A DNA stretch of 64,000 nt from an uncultured Aestuariivirga sp. (GTDB taxonomy: Bacteria; Pseudomonadota; Alphaproteobacteria; Rhizobiales; Aestuariivirgaceae), in NCBI GenBank assembly GCA_964604435.1, contig CAZRZB010000002.1:4252-68251 (forward strand), given 5' to 3'. Both the position numbers and the translations under genes were made by a program. Position 1 is the first letter of the stretch. Each line of letters begins with the position of its first letter. Below are positions 17,326-26,867 of this stretch, one piece after another. The notes beneath the pieces were generated by a model that worked only from the letters and a program-made list of their open reading frames with translations, was not told the origin of the DNA and searched no databases.

Positions 17326-17633
17326 AGTTATAGAACGTGGCTTCAAAGATCCCAACTGACCGGCAGACCTCTCTAATCGCTGTGCCTTCTTCCGTCTGGC
17401 GAAGAACATAGGCGATCTGCCCCTCGCTGAACTTTTATGCTTTCATGGTCTTCCACTCCTCCCAACCAGGGAAATTACAGCGGAAAACTCCAATTCAAAA
17501 TGATCGAATTATCGGGGGGCAGAGCAGGCTTCGTCATTACGCTTTCTCCACTTTGTTTACTTTACCCTGTTGCGAATGAATGGAGCCACAGCGAACTTGA
17601 CCTGCAGGCGCATTTCCATTGCCCAAGACGGCA

Positions 17634-17649
17634 ATCGGATATATCATAT
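17634..17649. promoter_or_regulatory. Putative GntR operator (upstream of pxpA)
   Basis: ATCGGATATATCATAT, 14/16 match to the palindrome ATATGATATATCATAT at 19900. Confidence 0.6.
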
Positions 17650-17677
17650 ACCAGAATAGTTACTGAAGAGGCTTCCG

Positions 17678-18409
17678 GTGAAGGACAGGCGCATTACTAT
17701 CAACTGTGATATGGGGGAAGCCTTCGGCATTTACCGCTTCGGCGACGACGAGGCCTGCATGCCGTATGTCACGCATGCCAATGTCGCCTGCGGTTTCCAT
17801 GCGTCGGATCCTACCGTCATGTGGCGCACAGTCCGGACGGCAAAAGCTCATCGGATTGCTGTGGGCTCCCATCCAGGGCTGCCGGATCGTGAAGGTTTTG
17901 GGCGCCGCGAGATGAAACTCTCGCGCGACGAGGTGACGGCCCTGGTCCTATACCAGACAGGGGCTCTCAAGGCCTTTCTGGACAGCGAGGGCATGGCGCT
18001 GTCGCATATCAAGCCGCACGGTGCGCTGTTTGGTATGGCGCAGCGTGACGAGAAGATTGCCGATGGCATCGCCGAAGCCGCACTACGCTATGGCGTGCCG
18101 GTTATTGCCTATTCTGACTGCGCGATGTCGGAGGTGTTTGCACGCCGCGGCGTACCGTTCAGCTGTGAGTTCTATGCCGACCTCGATTATGATGACAGCG
18201 GTCGGCAGATCATAACAATGCACCATGAGCCCGTGACCAGTGAGCAAGTTGCGCGCAAGGTGTTGCGCGCGGTCGCCGAGGGCAAGACGCAGTCGGTAAA
18301 TGGCAAGGATGTCGCCGTCGTCGCTGATTCGATCTGCGTTCACAGCGATACACCGAATGCAGTTGAGGTGGCCAAGGCTGTGCATGGCGCACTGGCCGGA
18401 CGGCTTTGA
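17678..18409 (+). CDS. pxpA: LamB/YcsF family protein (5-oxoprolinase subunit A-like)
   Basis: INCDMGEAFG, ANVACGFHASDP, HPGLPDREGFGRR, HIKPHGAL, SICVHSDTP. Confidence 0.9.
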   Translation: MKDRRITINCDMGEAFGIYRFGDDEACMPYVTHANVACGFHASDPTVMWRTVRTAKAHRIAVGSHPGLPDREGFGRREMKLSRDEVTALVLYQTGALKAFLDSEGMALSHIKPHGALFGMAQRDEKIADGIAEAALRYGVPVIAYSDCAMSEVFARRGVPFSCEFYADLDYDDSGRQIITMHHEPVTSEQVARKVLRAVAEGKTQSVNGKDVAVVADSICVHSDTPNAVEVAKAVHGALAGRL

Positions 18410-19881
18410 GAAAATCCACGGAGATCGTATCCGGCAGCCAGGCCGCCCGGAGGATCGTGGGTTCTCTACGGCCAATGGTCCGGGCTATCGGATCGGCGTT
18501 GGGGCCGCATGGGCGAGGCGTTCTCGTCAGCCGAGAGGGCGGTGTGCCCCTCGTGTTATGGAAGGGAAGCAGCATCGCGCGCGAGATGCCCATTCCGGAG
18601 GGTGCTATGGGTGTCGGTGCACACCTGCTCAAGGAATTGCTGCTCGCTTTCGACCGGGATTTCAACGATGGCACGGCGCGGCTTGCTGTTGTGGCAGGAG
18701 CATCCCTGCCGGTCCTGCTCCGGGAGGCAATGGCCGGCTACCCCGTGCCGCAGTTGGTCGAAGCGATGACGCAACGCGCTGCCGAAGCTGGAGACCTGCT
18801 CGCCACGGATCTTCAAGTGGTGCCCGACCTGGTCGAAGTTGCACGCGCGAGCGGACTCAGCGACGTCATGGCCTCCGAACTGGCATCGCTGGCAGCCGAA
18901 GTGGGGACTGAAGCCTCGTTCGATATTAGAGAGGACGGCGACCGCGACCTGACGATCACAAGATCGCAAGGCTTTGCCGTTGACGTAAAGCCTATCGGTA
19001 ATGATGCGCTTCCGTCACTCTCTTCGGTCAACGTGCTCGTAGCGGATGAGATCATTACCGATTTTGGAGCGATCGCGTCGGTGCTCGAGGGCTTTGCGAC
19101 AAGGCACAAGTCGCTTGTGATCGCGGCCCGCGGCATAACGGGCACGGCACTCGCAACACTCAAGGCCAATCAGGCTGCGAAAATAGTTACGGTAGCTGCG
19201 ATGCAGCCCGCCGACATGGGGTCACAGGCGGCTGAAGTGTTGGAGGACTTGGCCACAGCGACGGGCGCCACATTGATTGCGGAGCGCTTCGGAACCCGGA
19301 TTGGCAGGCTGAAGCCCGCGATGCTTGGCCGTGCGAAGGCGTTCATGATTGAGCAAGGCAGGGCCACGTTTATCTCACCGGAAGGGAAGCCGGAGGACAT
19401 TGCTGCCCGCCGCAAATTCCTTGCAGCCCAGGCGGACAAGGCGAAGTATCTCTCCTATGACCGCGAATGTTACGAACGGCGCCGGGCGCGGCTTGCGGGC
19501 GTGTGGTGCCAGATGGGCCTGATGGGCGCTACACCCCAGGAGACATCGATGCTGGTCGAACGGACCCGGGCGGCCATGGCCAATCTCCAGTCGGTCCTGC
19601 GCCACGGTGCCGTGCAGGGTGGTGGAGGGGCCTATGCGGAGCTTGCGTCGCGACTCTCACGGCACCCGGGGCAGGGGGTTGACGCTGCCGCGCTCCGTTG
19701 CCTGGTCCAGGCGCTCACCTCCGTTCCACGGCAGCTTATCGCGAACGCCGCTGACGAGAAGGCCGCCGAACTGCTGTCAAAGCGCAGGCAGGACCCGCTT
19801 GTCCTGACGAAAGCCGTTTTGAATCAAGCTGTTGGCTTTTCCACCCTGATGCTCCGTAGTGGTGCCATCATCGCGCGATAG
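18406..19881 (+). CDS. Highly divergent GroEL/Cpn60-like protein
   Basis: LGPHGRGVL, NDGTA, ALATLKAN, LEDLATATGA, SYDRE..ERRRARLAG, GAVQGGG and QDP..TKAVL align in order with GroEL; 491 aa; no GGM tail; TTG start overlaps the pxpA stop. Confidence 0.8.
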   Translation: MRKSTEIVSGSQAARRIVGSLRPMVRAIGSALGPHGRGVLVSREGGVPLVLWKGSSIAREMPIPEGAMGVGAHLLKELLLAFDRDFNDGTARLAVVAGASLPVLLREAMAGYPVPQLVEAMTQRAAEAGDLLATDLQVVPDLVEVARASGLSDVMASELASLAAEVGTEASFDIREDGDRDLTITRSQGFAVDVKPIGNDALPSLSSVNVLVADEIITDFGAIASVLEGFATRHKSLVIAARGITGTALATLKANQAAKIVTVAAMQPADMGSQAAEVLEDLATATGATLIAERFGTRIGRLKPAMLGRAKAFMIEQGRATFISPEGKPEDIAARRKFLAAQADKAKYLSYDRECYERRRARLAGVWCQMGLMGATPQETSMLVERTRAAMANLQSVLRHGAVQGGGGAYAELASRLSRHPGQGVDAAALRCLVQALTSVPRQLIANAADEKAAELLSKRRQDPLVLTKAVLNQAVGFSTLMLRSGAIIAR

Positions 19882-19899
19882 CCTATTGGCAAGTCGCAA

Positions 19900-19915
19900 A
19901 TATGATATATCATAT
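19900..19915. promoter_or_regulatory. Putative GntR operator (upstream of the ABC operon)
   Basis: Perfect 16-bp palindrome ATATGATATATCATAT. Confidence 0.7.
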
Positions 19916-19939
19916 AGCAAGTGCCCGGAGCGAGTAAGG

Positions 19940-21049
19940 ATGTTGCAAGCGGCCCCGCCAGGAATGCTCGAGGTTGAAAACGTGGTCCACCACTATGGCG
20001 CCGTGTTGGCGCTCGACCACGTTTCGCTCTCCGCCAATCGCGGCGAATTCCTCACAATTCTTGGGGAAAGCGGCTCCGGCAAGACGACGATGCTGAGGGT
20101 CATCTCGGGCCTTGAGCACCCGACCAGCGTGAGCCGCCTTGCGATCGACGGAGAGGATGTCATCGGCGTTCGGCCGGCCCACCGCCGCTGCACCACAGTC
20201 TTTCAGAACTACGCCTTGTTTCCGCACATGACAGTGGAGGAGAATGTAGGTTACGGACTGAAAGTCCGCGGCGTGGCACGGGAGGACATGCTGCGCGAGG
20301 CACGGCAGGCGCTTGGCATGGTAAGGCTCGAGGGCAAGGCGACACGGCGCATTTCGGAGCTTTCCGGCGGCGAGAAGCAGCGGGTGGCACTTGCCCGTGC
20401 CGTTGTCACGCGTCCCGCCATCCTGTTGCTCGACGAGCCGCTGGGCGCCCTGGATGAAAAACTCCGCCTCGACATGCAGACCGAACTGGTTGCCCTGCAG
20501 CGGCAGCTTGGCATGACCTTCGTTTACATCACCCACAGCCAGGAGGAGGCGCTCACCATGAGCGACCGGGTTGTGCTGATGCGGAAGGGCAAGATCGTTC
20601 AGACCGGCAAGCCCGTCGACCTCTTCGACCGCCCCCTCAGCCTCTTCGCCGCGGAATTCATGGGGTTTGAAAACCTCCTGCCGGGCGTCGTGAAGTCTTC
20701 CGATGACAACGGCGCGGCCGTTGTGGAACTCGACGGCGGCCAGATCGTGCGGGGGCTGAGCCCCGGCCATGCGCCCATCCCCGAAGGAAAGGAAGTTTTC
20801 GCCGCGGTCCGTGCGGAACGCATGGCCCTGGCCGACATTGGATCAGTTGCCCAAGCCGGCACGAACTGGCTGCCCTGTGCGCTGTCGGGCCATGTCTATC
20901 GCGGCAAGTATATCGATCAATCCGTTGACACGCCTGTCGGAAAAGTCAGGATTCGCCGGTGGGATCGTGCGGCATCTGCTAAAACCGATGCCGTGACGTG
21001 GCAGGTGGACGACTGCGTCATTATTTCGTCCAGAACAAGGGCCCCATAA
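19940..21049 (+). CDS. PotA-type ABC transporter ATP-binding protein
   Basis: GESGSGKT, VFQNYALFPHMTV, LSGGEKQRVALAR, C-terminal TOBE-like region. Confidence 0.9.
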   Translation: MLQAAPPGMLEVENVVHHYGAVLALDHVSLSANRGEFLTILGESGSGKTTMLRVISGLEHPTSVSRLAIDGEDVIGVRPAHRRCTTVFQNYALFPHMTVEENVGYGLKVRGVAREDMLREARQALGMVRLEGKATRRISELSGGEKQRVALARAVVTRPAILLLDEPLGALDEKLRLDMQTELVALQRQLGMTFVYITHSQEEALTMSDRVVLMRKGKIVQTGKPVDLFDRPLSLFAAEFMGFENLLPGVVKSSDDNGAAVVELDGGQIVRGLSPGHAPIPEGKEVFAAVRAERMALADIGSVAQAGTNWLPCALSGHVYRGKYIDQSVDTPVGKVRIRRWDRAASAKTDAVTWQVDDCVIISSRTRAP

Positions 21050-21066
21050 AAAGAGAGGAAACTACC

Positions 21067-22272
21067 ATGAAAGATAAGTTCTCCACATACAGCCAAATCG
21101 ACCTAACGAGGCGAGACATGTTGCGTGCACTTGGCGGCGCAGTGAGCGCTGCTGCGGTCGGGGCCGTCACCGGCATGCCCACGGGCGCCATGGCCGCAGA
21201 TGCAACGGTTCGCGCCTACGGTGTTACCACCGCGCAGCTCAAGGACTGGTCGATAATGACCAAGTCGATCGGCGTGAACATGGAATTCGAGGGCACCAAC
21301 AACTCGGTTGGCGTATTCCTGCGCGATGTTGTTGCCTCGCAACTGGGCGACAAGGTCGATATCTTCATCTTCGAGTCGGGCACCGAGGACATTCTCGGGC
21401 CTCAGGGCGTCTATCTCCCGATCGATGAGAAGCATCCTGAACTTACGCTGTGGGACAGGACATCGGACGACTGGAAGCGCTCCGCTGTCGTGCAGGACCG
21501 TGAGGGCAATCAGTTCGGCGTGCCGGTGATCGGCAATGCCGACAGCTTCGGATACTTTCCCGACAAACTGGGCGTCAAGCCGGACAGCGACGAGGAGATT
21601 TCCTGGTCGGTGGTCTTCGACGACGACCGGACCCGGGGCCGTGTTGCCTACGATCAGACCTGGACCTACTCGCTCGGACCGGCGGCCCTCTACCTCTCGG
21701 CGAAGACTGGCCAGAAGTTCGGCGACATCGCCGACCTCACGAAGGAGGAGGCCAAGACCGTCGTTGACTTCCTCATCGAGCGCAAGAAGGCAGGCCAGTT
21801 CCGCACATTGCACTCGGCCTTCGAGGAGCAGGTGCAGCTGCTGACCAACAAGGAAGTTGACGTTATCAACTGCTGGGAACCCGCCGTCCGCGAGGCCAAT
21901 CTGAAGCTCGGCGTCGGCGCAACCAAGTATGCCTACACGGTCGAAGGCTATTTCAAGTGGGGTCATGGCGCCTATGTCGCGTCCCAGGCCAAGGACCGTG
22001 GCAACCTGGACAACATCTACAAGATGCTCAACTACTTCCTCGGCGGCGAGTATCGTGCGCTGCAGGCCCGTGACCGGGGCTATGCCGGTCCCAACATGGA
22101 CCTCGGTGTCGAATATGCCACCAAGGCGGGCTGGAAGCAGGAGGACATTGACGCATTGCAGGCAACCGAAAAGAAGATCGCCCGCAAGTTCGCCAAGCCT
22201 TATGTGAGCACGACGACGCCGTCCAACTCCGATGCCATGGAAGAAGAGTGGCAACGGTTCCTCAACGCCTAA
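21067..22272 (+). CDS. PotD-like ABC substrate-binding protein, Tat-exported
   Basis: RBS GAGG; TRRDML twin-arginine signal; sits in a potA-SBP-potB-potC arrangement. Confidence 0.8.
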   Translation: MKDKFSTYSQIDLTRRDMLRALGGAVSAAAVGAVTGMPTGAMAADATVRAYGVTTAQLKDWSIMTKSIGVNMEFEGTNNSVGVFLRDVVASQLGDKVDIFIFESGTEDILGPQGVYLPIDEKHPELTLWDRTSDDWKRSAVVQDREGNQFGVPVIGNADSFGYFPDKLGVKPDSDEEISWSVVFDDDRTRGRVAYDQTWTYSLGPAALYLSAKTGQKFGDIADLTKEEAKTVVDFLIERKKAGQFRTLHSAFEEQVQLLTNKEVDVINCWEPAVREANLKLGVGATKYAYTVEGYFKWGHGAYVASQAKDRGNLDNIYKMLNYFLGGEYRALQARDRGYAGPNMDLGVEYATKAGWKQEDIDALQATEKKIARKFAKPYVSTTTPSNSDAMEEEWQRFLNA

Positions 22273-22289
22273 GACTAGGCGCTAAATGG

Positions 22290-22317
22290 GCCCTGTTCCC
22301 GTAACCGGGAACAGGGC
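22290..22317 (+). other. Intergenic hairpin after the SBP gene
   Basis: GCCCTGTTCCCG-TAAC-CGGGAACAGGGC. Confidence 0.5.
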
Positions 22318-22345
22318 ATATTTATTCAGGGGAGGAGAGCTGCAT

Positions 22346-23299
22346 ATGTCGGGCACGGGTGCCGTCACATCGGATGAAGCGCGGAGCGAAGCCGGCCTGG
22401 GCCGCCATACCCGCGCCGCCCGGCTCCGCCGCCTGGCATTGGACGGCGGCTGGATCATTCCCGGTTTCCTTGTTTTCTGGATCAGCCTGGTAATCGTGCC
22501 GCTCGCGATCCTGTTCATCTTCAGCTTTTTCGAAACCAGGAGTTTCGCGACGATCTATGAGCCGACCCTCAAGACCTGGCACTCGCTGTTCGAGTCCGGG
22601 CGGTTCGAGGTCACCTTGCGCACGCTTCGCATTGCGCTCACCGTCACCCTGATCGAGTTTCTTTTCGGGTTTCCGTTCGCCCTCTGGCTCGCCAAGGGAG
22701 GCGTGAGCAAGGCCGCCCGGGCTATTGTGCTGGCGCTGCTGACGATTCCCTTCTTTCTCGACATGTCCTCGCGCACCATCATCTGGCGCGCAATCTTCGG
22801 CCAGAACGGGCTCATCAACTCGGTGCTTCTTGGGGCCGGTTTCATCACGGCGCCGATGGAGTGGATGCTCTATACCGAGTGGTCAGTGCATTTCGGCATG
22901 ACCATCATCTGTTTCCCGACGATGGTCCTGCCAATCTACATGGCCATCAATATCATCGACGATTCGCTGATCGAGGCCAGCAATGACCTGGGCGCCTCCG
23001 CGCTTCAAACCCTCCTCCTGGTCATCGTGCCGCTGTCGCTTCCCGGCATCATGGCGGGCCTCGTCTTCACCCTCGGTCCGGCACTTGCCGCATGGGTCGA
23101 GCCAAGCATGCTGGGCGGCGGTTTCGTCAATCTGCTCAGCAACTCGGTGGAAAGCGCGCATACGGCCCTCAAATATCCCGTGGTCGCCGCGCTCTCGACG
23201 CTGATCATCGTGTTGCTCGGGCTGCTGCTCTTCGTGATGATCCTGTTGGCGCGGAAACTGGGCGACATTTCCTCCACGTTCCGGCCGCTGAGAGGATGA
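22346..23299 (+). CDS. PotB-type ABC permease
   Basis: IPFF..RTIIW, EAA loop LIEASNDLGAS, PLSLPGI. Confidence 0.85.
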   Translation: MSGTGAVTSDEARSEAGLGRHTRAARLRRLALDGGWIIPGFLVFWISLVIVPLAILFIFSFFETRSFATIYEPTLKTWHSLFESGRFEVTLRTLRIALTVTLIEFLFGFPFALWLAKGGVSKAARAIVLALLTIPFFLDMSSRTIIWRAIFGQNGLINSVLLGAGFITAPMEWMLYTEWSVHFGMTIICFPTMVLPIYMAINIIDDSLIEASNDLGASALQTLLLVIVPLSLPGIMAGLVFTLGPALAAWVEPSMLGGGFVNLLSNSVESAHTALKYPVVAALSTLIIVLLGLLLFVMILLARKLGDISSTFRPLRG

Positions 23300-24156
23300 C
23301 CCGCATGACTGCAACGGACCACAGGCCGGTGACCAGGACCCCCGAGCGCGCTCCGATGCGCGACTGGAGCGCATGGACCGGGTGGCATTCCGTCGGCAAG
23401 TGGCTGGGCCTGGTTATGCTCGGGCTCATCTATTTCCCGCTGTTCTGGCTGACACTGATGTCCGTAAGCCGCAATCCGCTCTCCGGCATTCCGTTCCCGC
23501 TGTCGGGAGAGCACTATGCAGCGCTGTTTTCGGACATGAACTGGCTGTCGCCTTTTGTTGCCAGCCTCGTAATCGCGGCGGCCGTCGGGCTCGTCTGTGC
23601 AGTCACCGCCACTGTCGTGGGAAGGGCCCTGCCGCGCAGCGGCCGGCCCGGAACCGTCATTCTGCTGTGTATTTTCCCGCTTTTTGTCCCGGGGATGTCC
23701 ATGGGTGCGGCCCTGTTCATCTTTTTCCGCTCCGTCCTCGGGCTGAAGCTTGGCTACTGGACCGTAGCCCTCGGGCATTTTGTCTGGGCCTTTCCATTCG
23801 CTCTGCTGATCATCCTGGTGCTGACAACACGGTTCGACCACCGGCTCATCGAGGCCGGAGCCGATCTCGGGGCCTCCAACTGGCAAATATTCCGGGATAT
23901 CGAGTTTCCCATGCTCATGCCTGGCATTGTTGGCGCCGGCCTCTTCGGTTTCCTGCTTTCGTTCAATGAGGTGCTGCGCACTATCTTCCTGCGCGGCACG
24001 GACACCACGATGCCGGTTTGGAATTGGATCATGGCGGCCTCGCAGCAGTCGCAGGTGCCGATCATCTTCGCGCTGGCGAGCATCGTGCTGCTGGTGACGC
24101 TGCCATTGCTTGCGGGCGTGTTCTGGCTGCTCTTCGCGAAGCTGGACAGAAGCTGA
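23296..24156 (+). CDS. PotC-type ABC permease
   Basis: IYFPL, LIEAGADLGAS, FLLSFNE; ATG 23296 overlaps the upstream stop. Confidence 0.85.
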   Translation: MTRMTATDHRPVTRTPERAPMRDWSAWTGWHSVGKWLGLVMLGLIYFPLFWLTLMSVSRNPLSGIPFPLSGEHYAALFSDMNWLSPFVASLVIAAAVGLVCAVTATVVGRALPRSGRPGTVILLCIFPLFVPGMSMGAALFIFFRSVLGLKLGYWTVALGHFVWAFPFALLIILVLTTRFDHRLIEAGADLGASNWQIFRDIEFPMLMPGIVGAGLFGFLLSFNEVLRTIFLRGTDTTMPVWNWIMAASQQSQVPIIFALASIVLLVTLPLLAGVFWLLFAKLDRS

Positions 24157-24173
24157 TGGCCCGAACGGGCGCC

Positions 24174-24824
24174 CTAGGGCTGCAGCCGCGGCGTGAGCGT
24201 TTCGGCGGCGGCGGTGATGTCCCTCACGATGGCCCTGCGGACATCTTCGGCCTGTCCTTTTTCGAGAGCCTCAACGATGCGTTCGTGCTGTTCATTGGCA
24301 TGGCCCACGAAATTCCCGTCTTCGAAAAGGCCGTTGAAGAAGGGGCCCACCTGGCTCCAGAGGTCCTGCACCATCTGCAACAGGTGCGGGGAGTTGGCCC
24401 GCTCGTAGATCACGAAGTGGAATTTCTGGTTGAGGTTTGCATAGAGCCGGGAATCCCGTGCAGCCACCGCGGTCTCGATTTCTCCGAGAAGGTCCTTGAG
24501 CTTCTTGATCTGCGCCGGCTTGATATTGGCAACGGCGAGTTCTGCGGCGAGCCCCTCAAGCGCGCAACGGATCCGGGCGAGCTCGGAAAATTTCCTTGCC
24601 GAGAGGCTGGGAACCGCGATGGAACGGTTGGGCAGGAGGACGAGAAGGCGTTCGGCAACGAGCCGTTGCAGGGCCTCGCGGACAGGAGTCGTGGAGATGC
24701 CATAGGCTTCGGCCAGATTCCGGATCACCAGCACCTGCCCGGGCTGAAAGCGGCTGGAAATGAGCCCTTTGCGGATTTCTCCGTAGGCCCGGTCATTGAG
24801 TGTCTGGTGCTCGATCCTGCTCAT
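24174..24824 (-). CDS. GntR family (FCD) transcriptional regulator
   Basis: wHTH LAEAYGISTTPVREALQRL; FCD NQKFHFVI...QHERIVEAL. Confidence 0.9.
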   Translation of the reverse strand: MSRIEHQTLNDRAYGEIRKGLISSRFQPGQVLVIRNLAEAYGISTTPVREALQRLVAERLLVLLPNRSIAVPSLSARKFSELARIRCALEGLAAELAVANIKPAQIKKLKDLLGEIETAVAARDSRLYANLNQKFHFVIYERANSPHLLQMVQDLWSQVGPFFNGLFEDGNFVGHANEQHERIVEALEKGQAEDVRRAIVRDITAAAETLTPRLQP

Positions 24825-24912
24825 GTACGGCTCCGCTCGGGGCTCTCATTACACCAAGCAAAGCCATTCACCAAGTTGTTCACAGCGGGGGCTGCGCTGG
24901 CCTTGCCTTGTG

Positions 24913-24928
24913 ATATGATATATGATGT
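24913..24928. promoter_or_regulatory. Putative GntR operator in the divergent gntR/pxpB spacer
   Basis: ATATGATATATGATGT, 14/16 match to the 19900 palindrome. Confidence 0.65.
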
Positions 24929-24986
24929 ATTTTGACCCATGATGGTTTTTTTGTCGCCGATTATCTGCAACGGATGAACACCAGGA

Positions 24987-25862
24987 ATGATCTACGAAGC
25001 GCCGCGATTTATGCCAGGGGGCGACCGGTACATCGAGGTTGAGCTCGGAGACGAGATGAGCTTCGACCTGAATTTCATGGTCCATACGCTCTGCTCGATG
25101 ATCCGGCACTCGCAGATCCGAGGCGTGGTCGAACTGATCCCCGAATTGGCCTCGCTGCAGGTATCCTATGATCCCGACCTCATCTCTTATGAGGACGTGA
25201 CGAAGGAAATTGCCAATTTGCACAAGCAGTCCGGACAGGTCGGCGATATTGAGCTCCCCAGCCGGCTGTTTGCCGTTCCGGTGGTCTATTTCGACCCCTG
25301 GACCAAGGCCTGCATTGAGGACTACCGGACCAAGGTTTCCGAAAAGATGTGGGATCCGGACCTGGTCTGCGAGATGAACAAGATTCCCGACCGCGCCAGC
25401 CTGCAGCGAGTCCATTCGAGCTCCGAGTACTGGGTGGCGGCCCTCGGGTTCTGGCCCGGCCTCTGCTCCCTGATGCCGCTCGATCCACGGGCCAGGCTCT
25501 TCGCGCCAAAATACAATCCCCCCCGCACTTGGACGCCCAAGGGAACGATCGGCATGGGTGGGGCATTGACCTGCATCTATCCGGACCAGACGCCCGGCGG
25601 ATACCAGCTGCTGGGCCGCACGCCGATGCCGATCTGGGACCGTGAACAAAAGCTGAGTGCATTCCGCAACAGTCTTGCGCTGTTCAAGCCGGGCGACCGG
25701 GTGCGCTTCATTCCGATCGGCCTCGATGAATATGAGTGGATTGAAGCGCGTATTTCAGACGGCACCTACCAGCATCCGGAAGTCGGCTATCAGAAGTTCT
25801 CGGTGCGCGCCTACCGGGACTGGCTCACATCCATGCCGGCAAGGGAAGGGACAGCGATATGA
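24987..25862 (+). CDS. pxpB: AHS1/carboxyltransferase C-D domain protein (PxpB/urea-carboxylase-like)
   Basis: GGDRYIEVELG, LGFWPGL, PKYNPPRTWTP, IYPDQTPGGYQLLGRT. Confidence 0.8.
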   Translation: MIYEAPRFMPGGDRYIEVELGDEMSFDLNFMVHTLCSMIRHSQIRGVVELIPELASLQVSYDPDLISYEDVTKEIANLHKQSGQVGDIELPSRLFAVPVVYFDPWTKACIEDYRTKVSEKMWDPDLVCEMNKIPDRASLQRVHSSSEYWVAALGFWPGLCSLMPLDPRARLFAPKYNPPRTWTPKGTIGMGGALTCIYPDQTPGGYQLLGRTPMPIWDREQKLSAFRNSLALFKPGDRVRFIPIGLDEYEWIEARISDGTYQHPEVGYQKFSVRAYRDWLTSMPAREGTAI

Positions 25863-26851
25863 GCGGCGTATTCGAAGTTGTGGCGCCGGGACTGGAGACC
25901 AGCATCCAGGAACTGCCGGGCCGCATTGGATACTGGGAGCAGGGGTTTCCGCCATCGGGTCCGATGGACTTCTGGTCGTTCCGCCTGGCAAACCTCCTGG
26001 CCGGGAACGACCGTGACACTGCGGCCCTGGAATGCCAGCTCATTGGCCCCTCGCTCCGCTTTACGGATGATCGCGCGGTGGGGATAAGCGGCGCGGACAT
26101 GGCGCCGAAGCTGGATGGCGTCCCCGTCCCGATGTGGCAGACCGTGCTTGTGCGGAAGGGCCAGACCCTTGAATTGTCAGGGGCCCGCAGGGGCATGAGG
26201 ACTTATGTTGCCATCGCCGGGGGGATTGCCACACGGTCAGTGCTCAACTCGCGTGCCACGTTCCACATGGCGGGCGTGGGCGGCATGGACGGATTTGCGC
26301 TGAAGGCCGGCCAGCACGTTCCGCTTGGCCCCGCCCCCGTGCCAAAACTCACGGCCATGGTTCCGCAGGATCTGAGACCCCCCTTCTCGATGACGCGCCG
26401 CTGGGACATCGAATGCGCTTTGGGTCCCAACGATGACTGGCTCACGGCAGAAGCCATCGAGATGTTCTATTCCAGCGACTGGGTGGTGCAGTCGCGCAGC
26501 AACCGCACGGGAATCCGCCTGACGGGGCCAGCCTTCAGCTTCGCTCCGCGGGCGACAGAAAAGAATCCCGAACACGGGCAAGATCCGTCCAACATCCTTG
26601 ACCATGGCTATCCCCTGGGGGCTGTGAACCTGGCGGGGCAAACCCCGATCATCCTCGTCAATGATGCGCCGAGTACCGGCGGATTCATCAATCCCTTCAC
26701 TGTGCCGAGCGTGGCCTTCTGGAAATTGGGGCAGGCCCAACCGAACGAGATCCTGCGGTTCAAGCGCATCACGGTTTCCGAGGCCCAGAACCTGCGGAGA
26801 AGTATCGACAAGCAGTTGACCATGGCGGCTCTCGCCCCTATCGCAAACTAG
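25859..26851 (+). CDS. pxpC: AHS2/biotin-dependent carboxyltransferase A-B domain protein (PxpC-like)
   Basis: TSIQELPGRIG, GFPPSGPMD, SNRTGIRL, DAPSTGGF, LGQAQP. Confidence 0.8.
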   Translation: MSGVFEVVAPGLETSIQELPGRIGYWEQGFPPSGPMDFWSFRLANLLAGNDRDTAALECQLIGPSLRFTDDRAVGISGADMAPKLDGVPVPMWQTVLVRKGQTLELSGARRGMRTYVAIAGGIATRSVLNSRATFHMAGVGGMDGFALKAGQHVPLGPAPVPKLTAMVPQDLRPPFSMTRRWDIECALGPNDDWLTAEAIEMFYSSDWVVQSRSNRTGIRLTGPAFSFAPRATEKNPEHGQDPSNILDHGYPLGAVNLAGQTPIILVNDAPSTGGFINPFTVPSVAFWKLGQAQPNEILRFKRITVSEAQNLRRSIDKQLTMAALAPIAN

Positions 26852-26867
26852 CAGCCGGGCGGGATCC

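Noticed and set aside
18406-19881. Calling the GroEL-like gene housekeeping groEL or a pseudogene
   Set aside because: Too divergent and lacking groES for the former; no stops or frameshifts over 491 codons, and coupled to pxpA, against the latter.
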